Positions 17,132-27,258 of a stretch of DNA of 63,908 bases are shown here, in pieces (within the stretch, counting starts at the first letter, position 1; the number at the start of each line of letters is the position of its first letter). The notes beneath the pieces are model-generated. The model was not told the DNA's origin. It made no database searches and worked only from the letters and a program-made list of their open reading frames with translations. The position numbers and the translations under genes were made by a program. Origin of the DNA: a virus (taxonomy: Duplodnaviria; Heunggongvirae; Uroviricota; Caudoviricetes); the IMG/VR virus record IMGVR_UViG_3300029509_000119, positions 1 through 63,908 of that record, one strand, 5' to 3'.

Positions 17132-17529
17132 CGCCGCTCCTCCATCTCGCGCGTCCGATAATATCCGTCACGCCACTGGTGGATGCCGATTTCGCTCACG
17201 CTCATACTGATGAGCCGTTTCAGTTCGGCAACGGATAGCGAACGGGCGATACGCCTCGACGGGTCGCCAGCACGGTCAAAACGCAATGATTCCCACAGGT
17301 CTGCCGACGGCAAGCCATCCTTTACCAGCCAGTCGATGATGTCGTCCGGCAATCCGTCCACGTCCTGTTCGATGAGGTGGATGAGCGTGCGAATATCGGG
17401 TTCGTCCGGCACCGGACGTTCAAGCCCAATGTCATATACTTCCACGCCTCCATCGCCGGACAGTATGGAGATACGCGCCTGATGGTCGCCGGTTTTGCGT
17501 AGCGCACTGATTCTCACACGGTCGGTCAT
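17128..17529 (-). CDS. Hypothetical protein
   Basis: ATGA coupling; weak similarity to the two upstream genes. Confidence 0.65.
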   Translation of the reverse strand: MTDRVRISALRKTGDHQARISILSGDGGVEVYDIGLERPVPDEPDIRTLIHLIEQDVDGLPDDIIDWLVKDGLPSADLWESLRFDRAGDPSRRIARSLSVAELKRLISMSVSEIGIHQWRDGYYRTREMEERR

Positions 17530-17894
17530 GGTCGATGTCCCTCCTCTGCAATCTGATTGAATCCCAATCTGGACGCAAGCCGCTTCTTTTCCGCGTCCGA
17601 CAGGGATGCAACAGCCGACCGCCGGTGGTTGGCGAGCCAACTCAGGCAATGCCAGCAGTCGATGCGTTCCGCATCCGCGTCGCGTAGCCATTCGGACAAT
17701 CCGTCGTATGGTTCGAATGTTTCCGGCACGTCGGACAGCCATTGGCGGATAATGGTCTTCCAATCCCAACCGTCCGTCCAATGGTGATGCCAAGGACGAG
17801 TAATGGTAATGGTCGTATCGTCCGCCTTCAGAACGGTCATACGGCATTCGTAGTCGTCACCGCCAATGGCCGTGACGCGCAGCCAATCGTTCAT
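17526..17894 (-). CDS. Hypothetical protein
   Basis: GGAGG RBS; coupled. Confidence 0.65.
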   Translation of the reverse strand: MNDWLRVTAIGGDDYECRMTVLKADDTTITITRPWHHHWTDGWDWKTIIRQWLSDVPETFEPYDGLSEWLRDADAERIDCWHCLSWLANHRRSAVASLSDAEKKRLASRLGFNQIAEEGHRP

Positions 17895-18496
17895 CACAGC
17901 GGCCTCCCCGTTTCCACCTGTTCCAGCATGTCGAAGCATTCGTCACGCTCCGTCCGGGTGGCGGAACGCAATAGGTCTGCCAGTCCGGTCGGCTCGTCCT
18001 CATAGACGTTCTGCCGTATAAGGCTGATGGCTTCCCAATCCTCGAAGATTTCCGGCGACGGGTCAGCCATGCCGTTCAGCCAGTCCACGACCCGCATGCC
18101 GGTCTCGTCCAATCGACCGTAATCCACATGTTCGGGCAGCCGTTCCAGCACGCTCAGCCACCCGTACTGGAATCGGTCATCGCATTCGGCGGAATCAGCC
18201 AATAGACAGTCGGATGTGAGCGGCAGCGGCACGCTGACCGTACCGTCATCGTCTTGAAGCACGTCCACGATGAGCCGCATGTTCGGCCTGTCCGCCATCC
18301 AACCGGATACGCGCACGAACGCCCGCTCCGGCTTACGGTCGCGTGCGGACATGAGACGGCATACGTGCGACAGGCGCATCCAATCCAAGCCTGACAGGTT
18401 CAACCCGTCCAAACCGCGCAGCGTATGTTCGGTGGGACGTGCTTCGTGAGCGCCGTCGTACTGGTATTCGATATCCACGCCGTTGACGTTCAACAT
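17894..18496 (-). CDS. Hypothetical protein
   Basis: GGAGG RBS; coupled. Confidence 0.7.
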   Translation of the reverse strand: MLNVNGVDIEYQYDGAHEARPTEHTLRGLDGLNLSGLDWMRLSHVCRLMSARDRKPERAFVRVSGWMADRPNMRLIVDVLQDDDGTVSVPLPLTSDCLLADSAECDDRFQYGWLSVLERLPEHVDYGRLDETGMRVVDWLNGMADPSPEIFEDWEAISLIRQNVYEDEPTGLADLLRSATRTERDECFDMLEQVETGRPL

Positions 18497-19029
18497 GGTT
18501 CCTCCGTTCCGTTGAGCGTGGCTTCGAGCATGAGCCGCGCCCAGTCACGCCACTTCTCCTTGCTCGTCTGCTTCACCTTGTCCCACGACTTCAGGTTGCC
18601 GTAGGAGAAGTAGGAGCGGGCGGAAAGGAAATATCCGGTTTCGGCGGCTTGTTCCACCTGCTCGTCCGAAGGCTCGTGTTCGGGAGGGAGGATGCCGTAC
18701 TCTCGGATAATCTGTCTGGCAGTGCAGTCCGTGCGTTGAATCCTTCTCAATAGTTCGAGCGGACTGCCCGCCCCCTCCACCAGTCGGAAAGTGACTGGCG
18801 TGAACCTTGGGTTCTCGTCTTCCGCCAGCGGCTCGTTGTCGAACCGTTCCATGAGACGGTACGCGTCCTCCACTTTCTCGAAACCTCCGTAACGGAGAAT
18901 TCGAGCGGCCTCGCTTTCCGGCCAGCGCAGCGCATACAGCAGCATGGTCGAATCCATCCATTTCAATCCACGTGCGCGGGCAATCCGGTCCATGCTACAA
19001 ATGATGTCTTTAACGGTCTTGTACGTCAC
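18490..19029 (-). CDS. Stand-alone Clp N-terminal (repeat) domain-like protein
   Basis: IARARG..WMDSTMLLYAL...ESEAARILRYGG and PRFTP..LLRRI..DCTARQIIREYGI resemble the two Clp_N repeats. Confidence 0.55.
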   Translation of the reverse strand: MTYKTVKDIICSMDRIARARGLKWMDSTMLLYALRWPESEAARILRYGGFEKVEDAYRLMERFDNEPLAEDENPRFTPVTFRLVEGAGSPLELLRRIQRTDCTARQIIREYGILPPEHEPSDEQVEQAAETGYFLSARSYFSYGNLKSWDKVKQTSKEKWRDWARLMLEATLNGTEEPC

Positions 19030-19396
19030 CTGAAACCTCCCCGGTCATGGACGCGACGTCCTGCATCACGTAGGCGATGTTCGACTCAGGAACGTACATG
19101 TAGTGTTCATCGAACGTACTAAGTATTTTGCAATCGGACTGCGGAAAATCATTGGTGGTGGTGACCACAGTGCCGTCCTTCAACACCCACCGGTACAGCT
19201 TGGCGTCGTCGGGAATGGGATACGCCTTCGGGTAGGTCGTCAGAAGGGTTTTCTCAAACCTGTCTCCATCCGGGCTGATGTACACCGGGAAAGCGTTGTT
19301 GAGAACCGTCCGTCTGAACAAACGCTCATGGTATCTTCCATCCCTGTCGTATTTGATGACCAGCACACGGCTGGCTGTCCATTTTTCAGTATTCAT
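19010..19396 (-). CDS. Hypothetical protein, first gene of a long operon
   Basis: AAGGAG RBS; motif promoter at 19417-19435. Confidence 0.75.
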   Translation of the reverse strand: MNTEKWTASRVLVIKYDRDGRYHERLFRRTVLNNAFPVYISPDGDRFEKTLLTTYPKAYPIPDDAKLYRWVLKDGTVVTTTNDFPQSDCKILSTFDEHYMYVPESNIAYVMQDVASMTGEVSGDVQDR

Positions 19397-19406
19397 TTTT
19401 TTCTCC

Positions 19407-19442
19407 TTCATTGGTTTGTGAACTATCCCAGTATAGCAGATA
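19407..19442 (-). repeat. 36-bp exact repeat of the promoter motif (second copy 42222-42257)
   Basis: ttcattggtttgtgaactatcccagtatagcagata is identical at both sites. Confidence 0.95.
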
Positions 19443-19480
19443 ATATTGCCATCGTTTTTGGTTTGCGGAGACCCCGTCCT

Positions 19481-20431
19481 TCAACGGGACACCACATGAG
19501 CACGACCCCTACACGAGTCAAACGCCACATACTGGTCAAGACAAACAGACGGAAAACCATCCCCATCCGACAAAAACGTACGCCCCCGCCAATCATACGA
19601 ATCCCAACACTTACGCACACGAGACTCCAAACCCTCCAACACCACCGAACGAAAACCCGGCCTACCATCCCGCTCCAACCAGCAAACGTCAAACTCACGC
19701 CCACACAGGCGCTCGCTGACCACGCGTTCGGTGGAGGTGCCGTCCGAACGTAGTTGCAGATACCGTAGACGGGAGTCCAACGGTGTCCAATCAGCCAAGC
19801 CGAACCGGTGTCTACCATGCTTGTCCGTATAGGCGCGTAGTCCGGCGTCCACGCGTAAAGTGTCGCCCAATCTCACCGTAAACAGCCGGTCAGGGGTGCC
19901 ATTGTGGGGTTCTATGCGGTCGGGGCGGATAATCGTGTTTCCCACGAACGTGGCAAGCCAGATGTGCGAGTCGATAAGCGTCAGGGAACCGTCCGCGTTC
20001 ACCACATGCGGGAACATCAGACACAGGCGCGACACGTACCCGTTCGATACGCTCGTCTCCTCACAGTCGGCCACCACGCCTTCCACCGTGTAACGGTACA
20101 CGCCGTCCACTGTCCTATGCTCCAAATCCAACAGGTTGCGGCGTTCGCTTCTGTCGGTTCGTTCTACGTAGCTTTCGAAGAAACGACGGTAGTCCAAGCG
20201 GAGTTCGTCGGCCTGCGTCTTGGTTTGTATCCGGTAACGTAGTCCGAGGAGGGAATGCCAGCCGGTGCCGCGTCCTGCGCTTTGACGGCGGAGCACTTTC
20301 CTTCCGTCGGGCGCGGTGGTCGTGCCGATGAACATGCCGGAGCGTTCTTCGGATTCTCCGGCAAGAGCGTCTTCCAACACGCCCATCGTCTCAGGGGAGG
20401 GGGTGAATGGCATCCCTCCCATACACGTCAA
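19481..20431 (-). CDS. Hypothetical protein
   Basis: 316-aa ORF coupled to the upstream gene. Confidence 0.7.
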   Translation of the reverse strand: MTCMGGMPFTPSPETMGVLEDALAGESEERSGMFIGTTTAPDGRKVLRRQSAGRGTGWHSLLGLRYRIQTKTQADELRLDYRRFFESYVERTDRSERRNLLDLEHRTVDGVYRYTVEGVVADCEETSVSNGYVSRLCLMFPHVVNADGSLTLIDSHIWLATFVGNTIIRPDRIEPHNGTPDRLFTVRLGDTLRVDAGLRAYTDKHGRHRFGLADWTPLDSRLRYLQLRSDGTSTERVVSERLCGREFDVCWLERDGRPGFRSVVLEGLESRVRKCWDSYDWRGRTFLSDGDGFPSVCLDQYVAFDSCRGRAHVVSR

Positions 20432-20943
20432 GCCACGACCTTTCCGGACTGTTTGACGGTCTTCTTGGCCGAAGGCTCAACGGTCTGTCCGGTCTTCTCG
20501 AAATAGGCTTCCAAAGCCTTGACGGCCGCCTGTCTTGCCATTACCGTGGCGACATCCTTGTCCGATGCCGTGGCATGCCAGCACATGTATTCGTACGGCC
20601 TGTCACCGTAGGACAGCAGATAGGTGGCGCTGACCTTCGGCTTGTTTTCCTGCAAGTTCGTTTGGGTTTTCGAAACCGTGACCTTCACGCACTTGGCTGG
20701 AGTGTTTTTGCCGGTTTTGACTTTCTCCCAGTCGATAAGCGCTTCTGCCCGCCATGCGCTGTTCTTCGCACTGACCAGAGTGACGGTCGCGCCGACATGC
20801 CACTGGTCTTCACCGTCATGCTTGTTGTGCTCGTTGACGATGGCTTCGGCCACGTTGCGGGCGCTGCACTCGTATTTGATTTCGCCTTTCGCGTTGACGA
20901 CGTGGATGGCGTACTTGTCCTGTTCGTAGATTTCGATACCCAA
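20428..20943 (-). CDS. Hypothetical protein
   Basis: TTG start after AAGGA; motif promoter at 21011-21029. Confidence 0.75.
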   Translation of the reverse strand: MGIEIYEQDKYAIHVVNAKGEIKYECSARNVAEAIVNEHNKHDGEDQWHVGATVTLVSAKNSAWRAEALIDWEKVKTGKNTPAKCVKVTVSKTQTNLQENKPKVSATYLLSYGDRPYEYMCWHATASDKDVATVMARQAAVKALEAYFEKTGQTVEPSAKKTVKQSGKVVA

Positions 20944-21195
20944 TATAGGTGTTTCCTTCTGGTTGTTATTGATGCGGGGCAGGGTTGGTGAATGACTAAC
21001 CGAGCTTATATGTGGACGCTACCAGTATAACAGGCAAAAGAGGTGGCGTCAACCACGTGGGAGCATCCGGCATGCGAACACATCGGAACACATAACCGCC
21101 CAAAACGAAGGAAAAGTGAGACAATTTATGTGTCACGCCGTAAAACCTCCGACTTCAGTCGGAAGTAGAGACTCAAGCCGGGAAAGGAGAACGCC

Positions 21196-21351
21196 TTGGA
21201 AGAACACACCCACGAAAACCCGTCCGACAAGAGGACTGCGGCACCATCGACGCCACCCATCGTCGCATTCGAAGGAGACGAAGCCGCTGACGTGATGTCC
21301 CGGCTCATGAGAGGTGAAGACGCTACCGCAGTGTTCGATGGACTGGTATGA
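21196..21351 (+). CDS. Small 51-aa protein (below ORF-track cutoff)
   Basis: AAGGAG then TTG: MEEHTHENPSDKRTAAPSTPPIVAFEGDEAADVMSRLMRGEDATAVFDGLV. Confidence 0.5.
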   Translation: MEEHTHENPSDKRTAAPSTPPIVAFEGDEAADVMSRLMRGEDATAVFDGLV

Positions 21352-21355
21352 AATT

Positions 21356-21775
21356 TCAGATATACCGGAACAGCTGCTCCGGCGTCAACTCTCTCAAATC
21401 GGGCTTTTCCTCGTCCAGCAGTTTCCTGAAATCTTCGAACGTGTATTCAACCCCGTCCTTGCAAGCGTTCAGCATGCAGTACTCCATGTCGTCCACGAAG
21501 GTCGGGTTCTCCTCGCGGAAGCGGCGAACACGGCTCTTGACCGAAGCAATTTCCCGCTTCCTGCTTTTCGGCATGCTTTTGTACCCGTATGCGCGGTGCG
21601 CACCTGCGGCTGTCCTGTATCCGTAACCTTGCGCGTCGTCCGCGATTTCCCCGGTGGCTACGTCCATCAGACGGTATCGGGTTTCGGAATATCCGAAATC
21701 GTATTCGTCCTCCGGCTCATGCCGCACTTCGTAAGGCATGGCCTTGACGGTTCGTTCTTGATTCCGGTCAGGCAT
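21356..21775 (-). CDS. Hypothetical protein
   Basis: ORF with IADDAQGYGYRT; degenerate motif promoter at 21794-21812. Confidence 0.7.
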   Translation of the reverse strand: MPDRNQERTVKAMPYEVRHEPEDEYDFGYSETRYRLMDVATGEIADDAQGYGYRTAAGAHRAYGYKSMPKSRKREIASVKSRVRRFREENPTFVDDMEYCMLNACKDGVEYTFEDFRKLLDEEKPDLRELTPEQLFRYI

Positions 21776-21829
21776 TTTCTGATTCCCTTTTAATGCAAAC
21801 GAATCCACTATAGCATCGGAACGTATATT

Positions 21830-22204
21830 TTAGAAGTCGTCGTCGAAATCCACTTCACCGTTCGCATAGCATTCGATATCGTTCAACTCATCCTGCATGT
21901 CCACCAGTTGCGTCAACTGTTCAACAGCCGAATGGCAACGATTACAGGAGTCGCGAATATACCCGCGAACACGCGGATACTGTCGGAAATGCAATCGAGG
22001 ATTCACAGTCAGTTCGTCATCATCCAACACGTCCAACAAGTCGTTATACACATCCAACAGGTGAGAGAGCGTCTGAGTCATGGAATCGGTCATATCCTCA
22101 TCCTTGTTCACGTATTCGCCAATCTCGTGAACAGTACCCTCCACCATGGTCACACACTGGTCGAGCATATATGCGTCACGTTTGAATCTACGGAACGGAA
22201 GCAT
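21830..22204 (-). CDS. Acidic helical hypothetical protein
   Basis: Adjacent to the upstream stop; RBS. Confidence 0.7.
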   Translation of the reverse strand: MLPFRRFKRDAYMLDQCVTMVEGTVHEIGEYVNKDEDMTDSMTQTLSHLLDVYNDLLDVLDDDELTVNPRLHFRQYPRVRGYIRDSCNRCHSAVEQLTQLVDMQDELNDIECYANGEVDFDDDF

Positions 22205-22519
22205 TCAGCCGTCTTTCCTTTCTCGTTTTCTTTCCAAACGGTATTCGGCAATCCACAACGCCGACACCACAATCCACAATATGCAGGACAGTCCTTCGAG
22301 AAATCCCCATTTGCCGACGAACAGGCAGATATTCAGCAGGGCGACCATGAGGGAGCATGCTATCGTACCCAACCGTATCCAACGGGGCGTGCATCCCCTG
22401 TCGGGATTCTTGCGTGCCCGCCGTCTATCCACAGTCCAAAAGGCAGCGCCTATGGCGAACAGGACGAACGCTGCCACATACAGGACGGTCAGCACGTCGA
22501 ACACGCCCTGACCGCTCAC
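22205..22519 (-). CDS. Small membrane protein
   Basis: Three TM segments; GTGA overlap. Confidence 0.65.
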   Translation of the reverse strand: MSGQGVFDVLTVLYVAAFVLFAIGAAFWTVDRRRARKNPDRGCTPRWIRLGTIACSLMVALLNICLFVGKWGFLEGLSCILWIVVSALWIAEYRLERKRERKDG

Positions 22520-22818
22520 TGTGCTCCTCCGTCCACATCGGAACCGTTTTCGGAGTGGTGAATCCACATCCATATGGCTGCGGTGGCCATCCACATCAGC
22601 CCGCACAGCATGGGGATGATGCCGCCTGTCGTGAAGAGTCGAGTGAACTCCACCAAAGCCGTCAGCATGGAGAGGCATGCGCACCAGAGGCTCAACTTCT
22701 TGGCTTTGCCGTCACCTAAGAAGCGGGGATGCTCCACGCATGTGAAGTATGCCAGCGACGATGCCAGAACCACCAGCGAGAAAACGACGGCGACTTCGAG
22801 CAGCATGTCCGCTTTCAT
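22516..22818 (-). CDS. Small membrane protein
   Basis: Three TM segments; ATGA overlap. Confidence 0.65.
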   Translation of the reverse strand: MKADMLLEVAVVFSLVVLASSLAYFTCVEHPRFLGDGKAKKLSLWCACLSMLTALVEFTRLFTTGGIIPMLCGLMWMATAAIWMWIHHSENGSDVDGGAQ

Positions 22819-23324
22819 TTCTCGACCGCTTTCATATCGTCGTTGAACCGTTCCTCGACCTTATGGAACGCGCCTTTCGTGATTTTATGCCACAATGATT
22901 CATCCCAGTTTTCCACCGGCATGGAAAGATATGCTTTGTCGTCCTCGACGTACATGTCCACGTATGGCGTGTACGTGTACGAGCTGACGATTCCCGGCAG
23001 AGGGTCGGGACGCCATTCGAATTGGCGGAGCATGCGCCACACCTCGTTATTGTCCTTGCAAGGTTTATACAAGCCGTTCATGGGCATGAGCCAGTGGCCT
23101 TTCAAATCGCCTTTGCCTTGGACGGTCAGGGTTTTCTTGGATGTGACGGCTTCAACTCCTTCGACGGTTCGCTTGCCGTCCGCATCTTCCTTCCACGCCA
23201 GACGGACATGGTGGATGTTTTCGAACCATTCCTCCAGTTCGCGTTGACGCGCGTATTCGTGACAGCTCTTGCGCAGTCGGTTCACCACGGTCGGATTGTC
23301 GCTGGTCAGATATGTTTGCCGCAT
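22815..23324 (-). CDS. Hypothetical protein
   Basis: AGGAGG RBS. Confidence 0.75.
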   Translation of the reverse strand: MRQTYLTSDNPTVVNRLRKSCHEYARQRELEEWFENIHHVRLAWKEDADGKRTVEGVEAVTSKKTLTVQGKGDLKGHWLMPMNGLYKPCKDNNEVWRMLRQFEWRPDPLPGIVSSYTYTPYVDMYVEDDKAYLSMPVENWDESLWHKITKGAFHKVEERFNDDMKAVEK

Positions 23325-23371
23325 GACGGCTACCTCCTAGTTTTTGTGGAAAATATGTTTCAGGGAATGGG

Positions 23372-24598
23372 TCAGAACGTGACGTTCGGCAATCCCACCG
23401 ATTGCAGGAACGGGAACCAACTGTTGAAATGCGGGCTGGCTGACCACCAGAACAGTAGAATCAGACCACTCCAGAACAACAGCATGTTCAACAGGCGCAA
23501 CGGCAGGACGCCCTGTTGCAGACGCCAAGACAATACGAGCACGTTCCAAGACAGCGGTTTGCGTTCCCGCTCCCTGCGCCACAACAGCCAGCACAGTCCG
23601 TTCATGACCATCCACACGACAAGCAGAATCACGGCGAACATCATGCTCGCGGGAGCGTAGGCGCTGACGGTTCGGACGGTCTTCTGCCACTTGTATGCGG
23701 TTTTCTGGGCGACGTTCGCGTTGGCGGTGCTCAACTCCGCCGGAATGCCGTCGGACACGTTCGCCCAATAGGAGAATCGGGCGCGGACGATGTACCGGTG
23801 TTTGACGCTTTCGTCAGCCCATGCCGTCATGGGATGGCATGTGGTCAACGTCAGTTCGCGTGCTTCGGGATTCGTCTCATCGTTGTTCAGCACGCCCACG
23901 TCCGTCGGATTGGTCACCCAACTTTCCGTCATCTTGTACACGTACCAGTGTTCGGCTGTCTGAACGACTATCGCGTCGCCCGCCTGCAACCGGTCTATGT
24001 AACCCAAGTCGCCGCCGGTTCGATGACCCGCATAGGCACTATTGCCCATGGCTCCGGGCATGACGGTCTGCTCGTAGTGTCCGATGCCCTGATTGTCCAA
24101 CACGATTTGGTCGGTGCCTTGTTGGATGGCACGCTTCCATCCGGATTCGATTTTTGGAATATACATCCAGCCGATTACCTGCGTATGGGTCGGCATGCCA
24201 TCGACCGGAACATCACCTGACTGCGGTTTGGCGATGCGGGTCGTATCCAAGTCCACGTTTTGGTTCAGACTGACTCTTTTCGAGTCGGCTAACTGCGTGT
24301 GGATGGAATCCAAATCGTGTCCGAAGAACATCCAGCCGATTTGAGCGATGAGGATGATGACGATGGTGAACACGATTCCGATGGAGCATTGGAGCACGTG
24401 TTCGCCGGTGGACGCCATGTCGTCTGGTTGGCTTCCGTGTCGGGCGTGGCTTCCTTTGCCATGTCTGCCTACATGGTTGGAACCATTGTCGGGTTTCGGG
24501 GTTTTCCCGTCGATGATTTCAGTCCAGTCGGGCAGCCTGTTCGGGGAGCCATTTTCCATGCTTTCGTTCCTTTGACAGTTTTGGTTCGTTGCGGACAT
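23372..24598 (-). CDS. Class E sortase
   Basis: GHYEQT..PG..GNSAYAGHR, TLTTCHP, HRYIV; N- and C-terminal TM segments. Confidence 0.9.
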   Translation of the reverse strand: MSATNQNCQRNESMENGSPNRLPDWTEIIDGKTPKPDNGSNHVGRHGKGSHARHGSQPDDMASTGEHVLQCSIGIVFTIVIILIAQIGWMFFGHDLDSIHTQLADSKRVSLNQNVDLDTTRIAKPQSGDVPVDGMPTHTQVIGWMYIPKIESGWKRAIQQGTDQIVLDNQGIGHYEQTVMPGAMGNSAYAGHRTGGDLGYIDRLQAGDAIVVQTAEHWYVYKMTESWVTNPTDVGVLNNDETNPEARELTLTTCHPMTAWADESVKHRYIVRARFSYWANVSDGIPAELSTANANVAQKTAYKWQKTVRTVSAYAPASMMFAVILLVVWMVMNGLCWLLWRRERERKPLSWNVLVLSWRLQQGVLPLRLLNMLLFWSGLILLFWWSASPHFNSWFPFLQSVGLPNVTF

Positions 24599-24896
24599 AT
24601 CCAGTTTAGCTGGGGTTTTTGGGGTGAGGACTTTGAGCGAAACCGTTTTTTACGGTTTAGCGAAAAGCTCTTTTTCTTGTGTAAACTATTCCACTATAGC
24701 ATACGAAGTATCTGGTTTCGAAAGCATTGAGACGCGTCGGAGAAAAATCGTAAAAAATCATTTCATGTTTTTTGAATCAAACGATTTTTCGTTTTTTAGA
24801 GCATTTAGAAATTCGGTACCACAAATACTTATGTATCTATTGTATCTATTGCCAGTGCCCTTAGACCTACTCCCACAAGGGATTAGAGCATCCAAG

Positions 24897-24972
24897 TGCC
24901 TGAGAATGTAAGACTTCTGCCCGAGAATGTAAGACTCTTGCCTGAGAATGTAAGACTCTTGCCCGAGAATGT
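24897..24972 (+). repeat. Iterons (about 3.6 x 21 bp) of the plasmid oriV
   Basis: tgcc(t/c)gagaatgtaagact(tc/ct) with 21-bp period, flanked by AT-rich tracts, upstream of repA. Confidence 0.9.
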
Positions 24973-25094
24973 GAACAGAAAAATCTGATTTATAAAAAAA
25001 TATTCCAAAAACCTATTAGGATAAAATAAAAACCTCATCCCGTATGCACCGAGATGAGGTTAGTATCGGTCAACAGTAAAGGAATCCCGATAAC

Positions 25095-26000
25095 ATGAAC
25101 AAGGATATCATCAACCCCAGCAAGAAGACAATAACCTATGCGGCCACCCTCTCATCAGTGGTCTCCCTGCTTCCAGTGGAGGAGCCTGATGTACCTTATC
25201 TGAACCGGAGCAACGGAATCGTGTCCATAACGACAACCCCGAGGAAAGGGCAGTGGGCTTACGGAAAAATCCCCCGTCTATTCCTTCTGTATGCCCAAAC
25301 CCTCATAAAAGAGGGTTCCCCGATGGTTGATTTCGAAAACAGGACAATCCATTTGGACGAAACATTTAATTCGTTCTGCAAGAACACGGGAATCGCGGCC
25401 AATGGACAACGGGAGCAGGTGACCCGCATGTTGGAGAATCTGGGGAGCACTGTCTTCCAAGTGACCAATTGGTTCAAGGACGAACAGGGTAGAACTGTCC
25501 ATGATGCCATCAATGTTCTGGTGGCCGACCGCACTCACATCTGCTTCGACAGAAATTCCGACGAATACAAGGAAGGTTCGTATATTCGATTCTCCGAACT
25601 TATGTGGGGAATCCTCAACGAGAATCCCGTTCCTTTAAACCGAGAGATAGTGATGAATCTCGGGAAATCATCCAGAGCATTGGACATTTACCAGTGGCTC
25701 GCCCGCAGAACATACTACATCTCTAAACCGGTTCTCATACCTTGGAACGGATTGCAAATGCAGTTCGACGCGGCGGACACTCCACTCCGCAGATTCAAGG
25801 AACGTTTCAAGAAAGCGTTGGAAATGGTTCGGCATAATTGGCCGGAACTGCATGTAGAGGCCGTCGATGAGGGGCTGAAGGTGTATCCGTGCCGGAAGTC
25901 GTTGGAGTCGAAGCAACGCGCTACCAAAGGAATTCCGATGATGAAGTCCCCGACTCAGCCGACCAAGACTAGTGTCAAACCGAACGGCAACCCGTTCTGA
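25095..26000 (+). CDS. repA: Plasmid replication initiator RepA (RepA_C-like)
   Basis: YGKIPRL, ALDIYQWLARR, IPW..LQMQF, FKERFKKAL; iterons lie upstream. Confidence 0.88.
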   Translation: MNKDIINPSKKTITYAATLSSVVSLLPVEEPDVPYLNRSNGIVSITTTPRKGQWAYGKIPRLFLLYAQTLIKEGSPMVDFENRTIHLDETFNSFCKNTGIAANGQREQVTRMLENLGSTVFQVTNWFKDEQGRTVHDAINVLVADRTHICFDRNSDEYKEGSYIRFSELMWGILNENPVPLNREIVMNLGKSSRALDIYQWLARRTYYISKPVLIPWNGLQMQFDAADTPLRRFKERFKKALEMVRHNWPELHVEAVDEGLKVYPCRKSLESKQRATKGIPMMKSPTQPTKTSVKPNGNPF

Positions 26001-26364
26001 AAAGCGTTTAGTTAAACGAAGACCCCGTGCAAAGACGGGGCCTTCGAATGTCCACACATAAAAAGCCATACCAAAAGGAGAAAAAGACCGAAAAAGTCTT
26101 TTTGAACTTAGTAGTCAAATTATGAGGCGCCCAACCCACCGGCTGAACGCAACATCAAGTATACGGAATATGACAGTCCGGTCAAACCTTTTTGCGTGTC
26201 GAAGTCGTTGGAATCATTGGGTTTGAGTGCTATCAACCTTCGAGTTCTATTATCGGGGTACAGGGCGTCTCGAACAGACGTTTCGCCTACTGTTGGTTGT
26301 TGGGCGGAACGTCTGTAAGATATGCGGAACAACCCAGTATGACATAAGGCGTCAAGCTGAATCG

Positions 26365-27258
26365 TCAGAAGAAGCGTTTCAGGAAACCATCGAACAGGGT
26401 TTTAACCCAGTTCTTTTTTGCGTTGGCGGCGTGGTGTTTGCCCGTCGTGTCCGATTCGTTCCCACCGTTGGACGCATTGCCGTCCTGAATGTTCTGACCG
26501 TTGCCGCCGGTCATGGTCAATCGTTGTTTCACCTGACCGGTTGAGATGATGGTCTCGGTCGGACAGGTTTTCAGCACTTCGGCCATTTCATCGTGTTCAG
26601 TCTTGTCCACGATGAGTCCGTATTTGGCTTTGATACCGATTTGCAGACTCGCGTAATCGCATTGGAACGTTTGGTTGGAAGGTTCCCATTCGGCGATGGT
26701 GCCGTCCTTCTTCACGTTGTTGGCTTCCGCTTGAGAAGCCAACAGTACGTCGGGGTCGTTGTAGTAGGCGTCCCGCTGCTGGAAGTCGAGCTTGTCCAAT
26801 CCGGAACGGTAGGCTTCCGCGTAGGCGACCACATGGTCGATTTGGATGCCGCCGTCACGGTTGGATGCGCTCCCACCCTCCGTCTTGTTGGACGTGCCGC
26901 GTTGGAAGTGGATGGTCTTGCCCGTGTAAGGTTCCAGCAGGGTGCCTGACTTCACGTTGCCGCGACTGTTGAAGGTCACGTCGTTCATGTCGCGTTCCAA
27001 CACGAGGTCGCGCGTAGTGTAGTTGCCGGTTTTTCCTTCAACCTTGTTCCACTGGTGGCTTTTACGGTCGGACGACGCATTGGATTTCGTGCCGATGGTC
27101 AGCGTGCTCAACACTTGCGTGGCCGACTGTCCAACCGGAATGCTTCCCGTCGCGGGCGCTGCCGATATGGAGGGGGAGACGGCCAGCGTGGACAATACGA
27201 GTATGCAGGGGAGGGCTGTGCGGGCGCATTGCTGGATGGTTTCGACCCGTCCGTTCAA
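26365..27258 (-). CDS. Secreted HNH nuclease (DUF1524-like)
   Basis: Signal peptide, EPYTG, IQIDHVV, N.P..LLA...N..K.D, WEP. Confidence 0.85.
   Translation of the reverse strand: MNGRVETIQQCARTALPCILVLSTLAVSPSISAAPATGSIPVGQSATQVLSTLTIGTKSNASSDRKSHQWNKVEGKTGNYTTRDLVLERDMNDVTFNSRGNVKSGTLLEPYTGKTIHFQRGTSNKTEGGSASNRDGGIQIDHVVAYAEAYRSGLDKLDFQQRDAYYNDPDVLLASQAEANNVKKDGTIAEWEPSNQTFQCDYASLQIGIKAKYGLIVDKTEHDEMAEVLKTCPTETIISTGQVKQRLTMTGGNGQNIQDGNASNGGNESDTTGKHHAANAKKNWVKTLFDGFLKRFF

Noticed and set aside
24897..24972. Possible CRISPR array
   Set aside because: Contiguous 21-bp repeats without spacers next to repA are iterons.
26050..26058. GTCCACACA as another motif copy
   Set aside because: It lacks the TATACT-GG at the fixed spacing.
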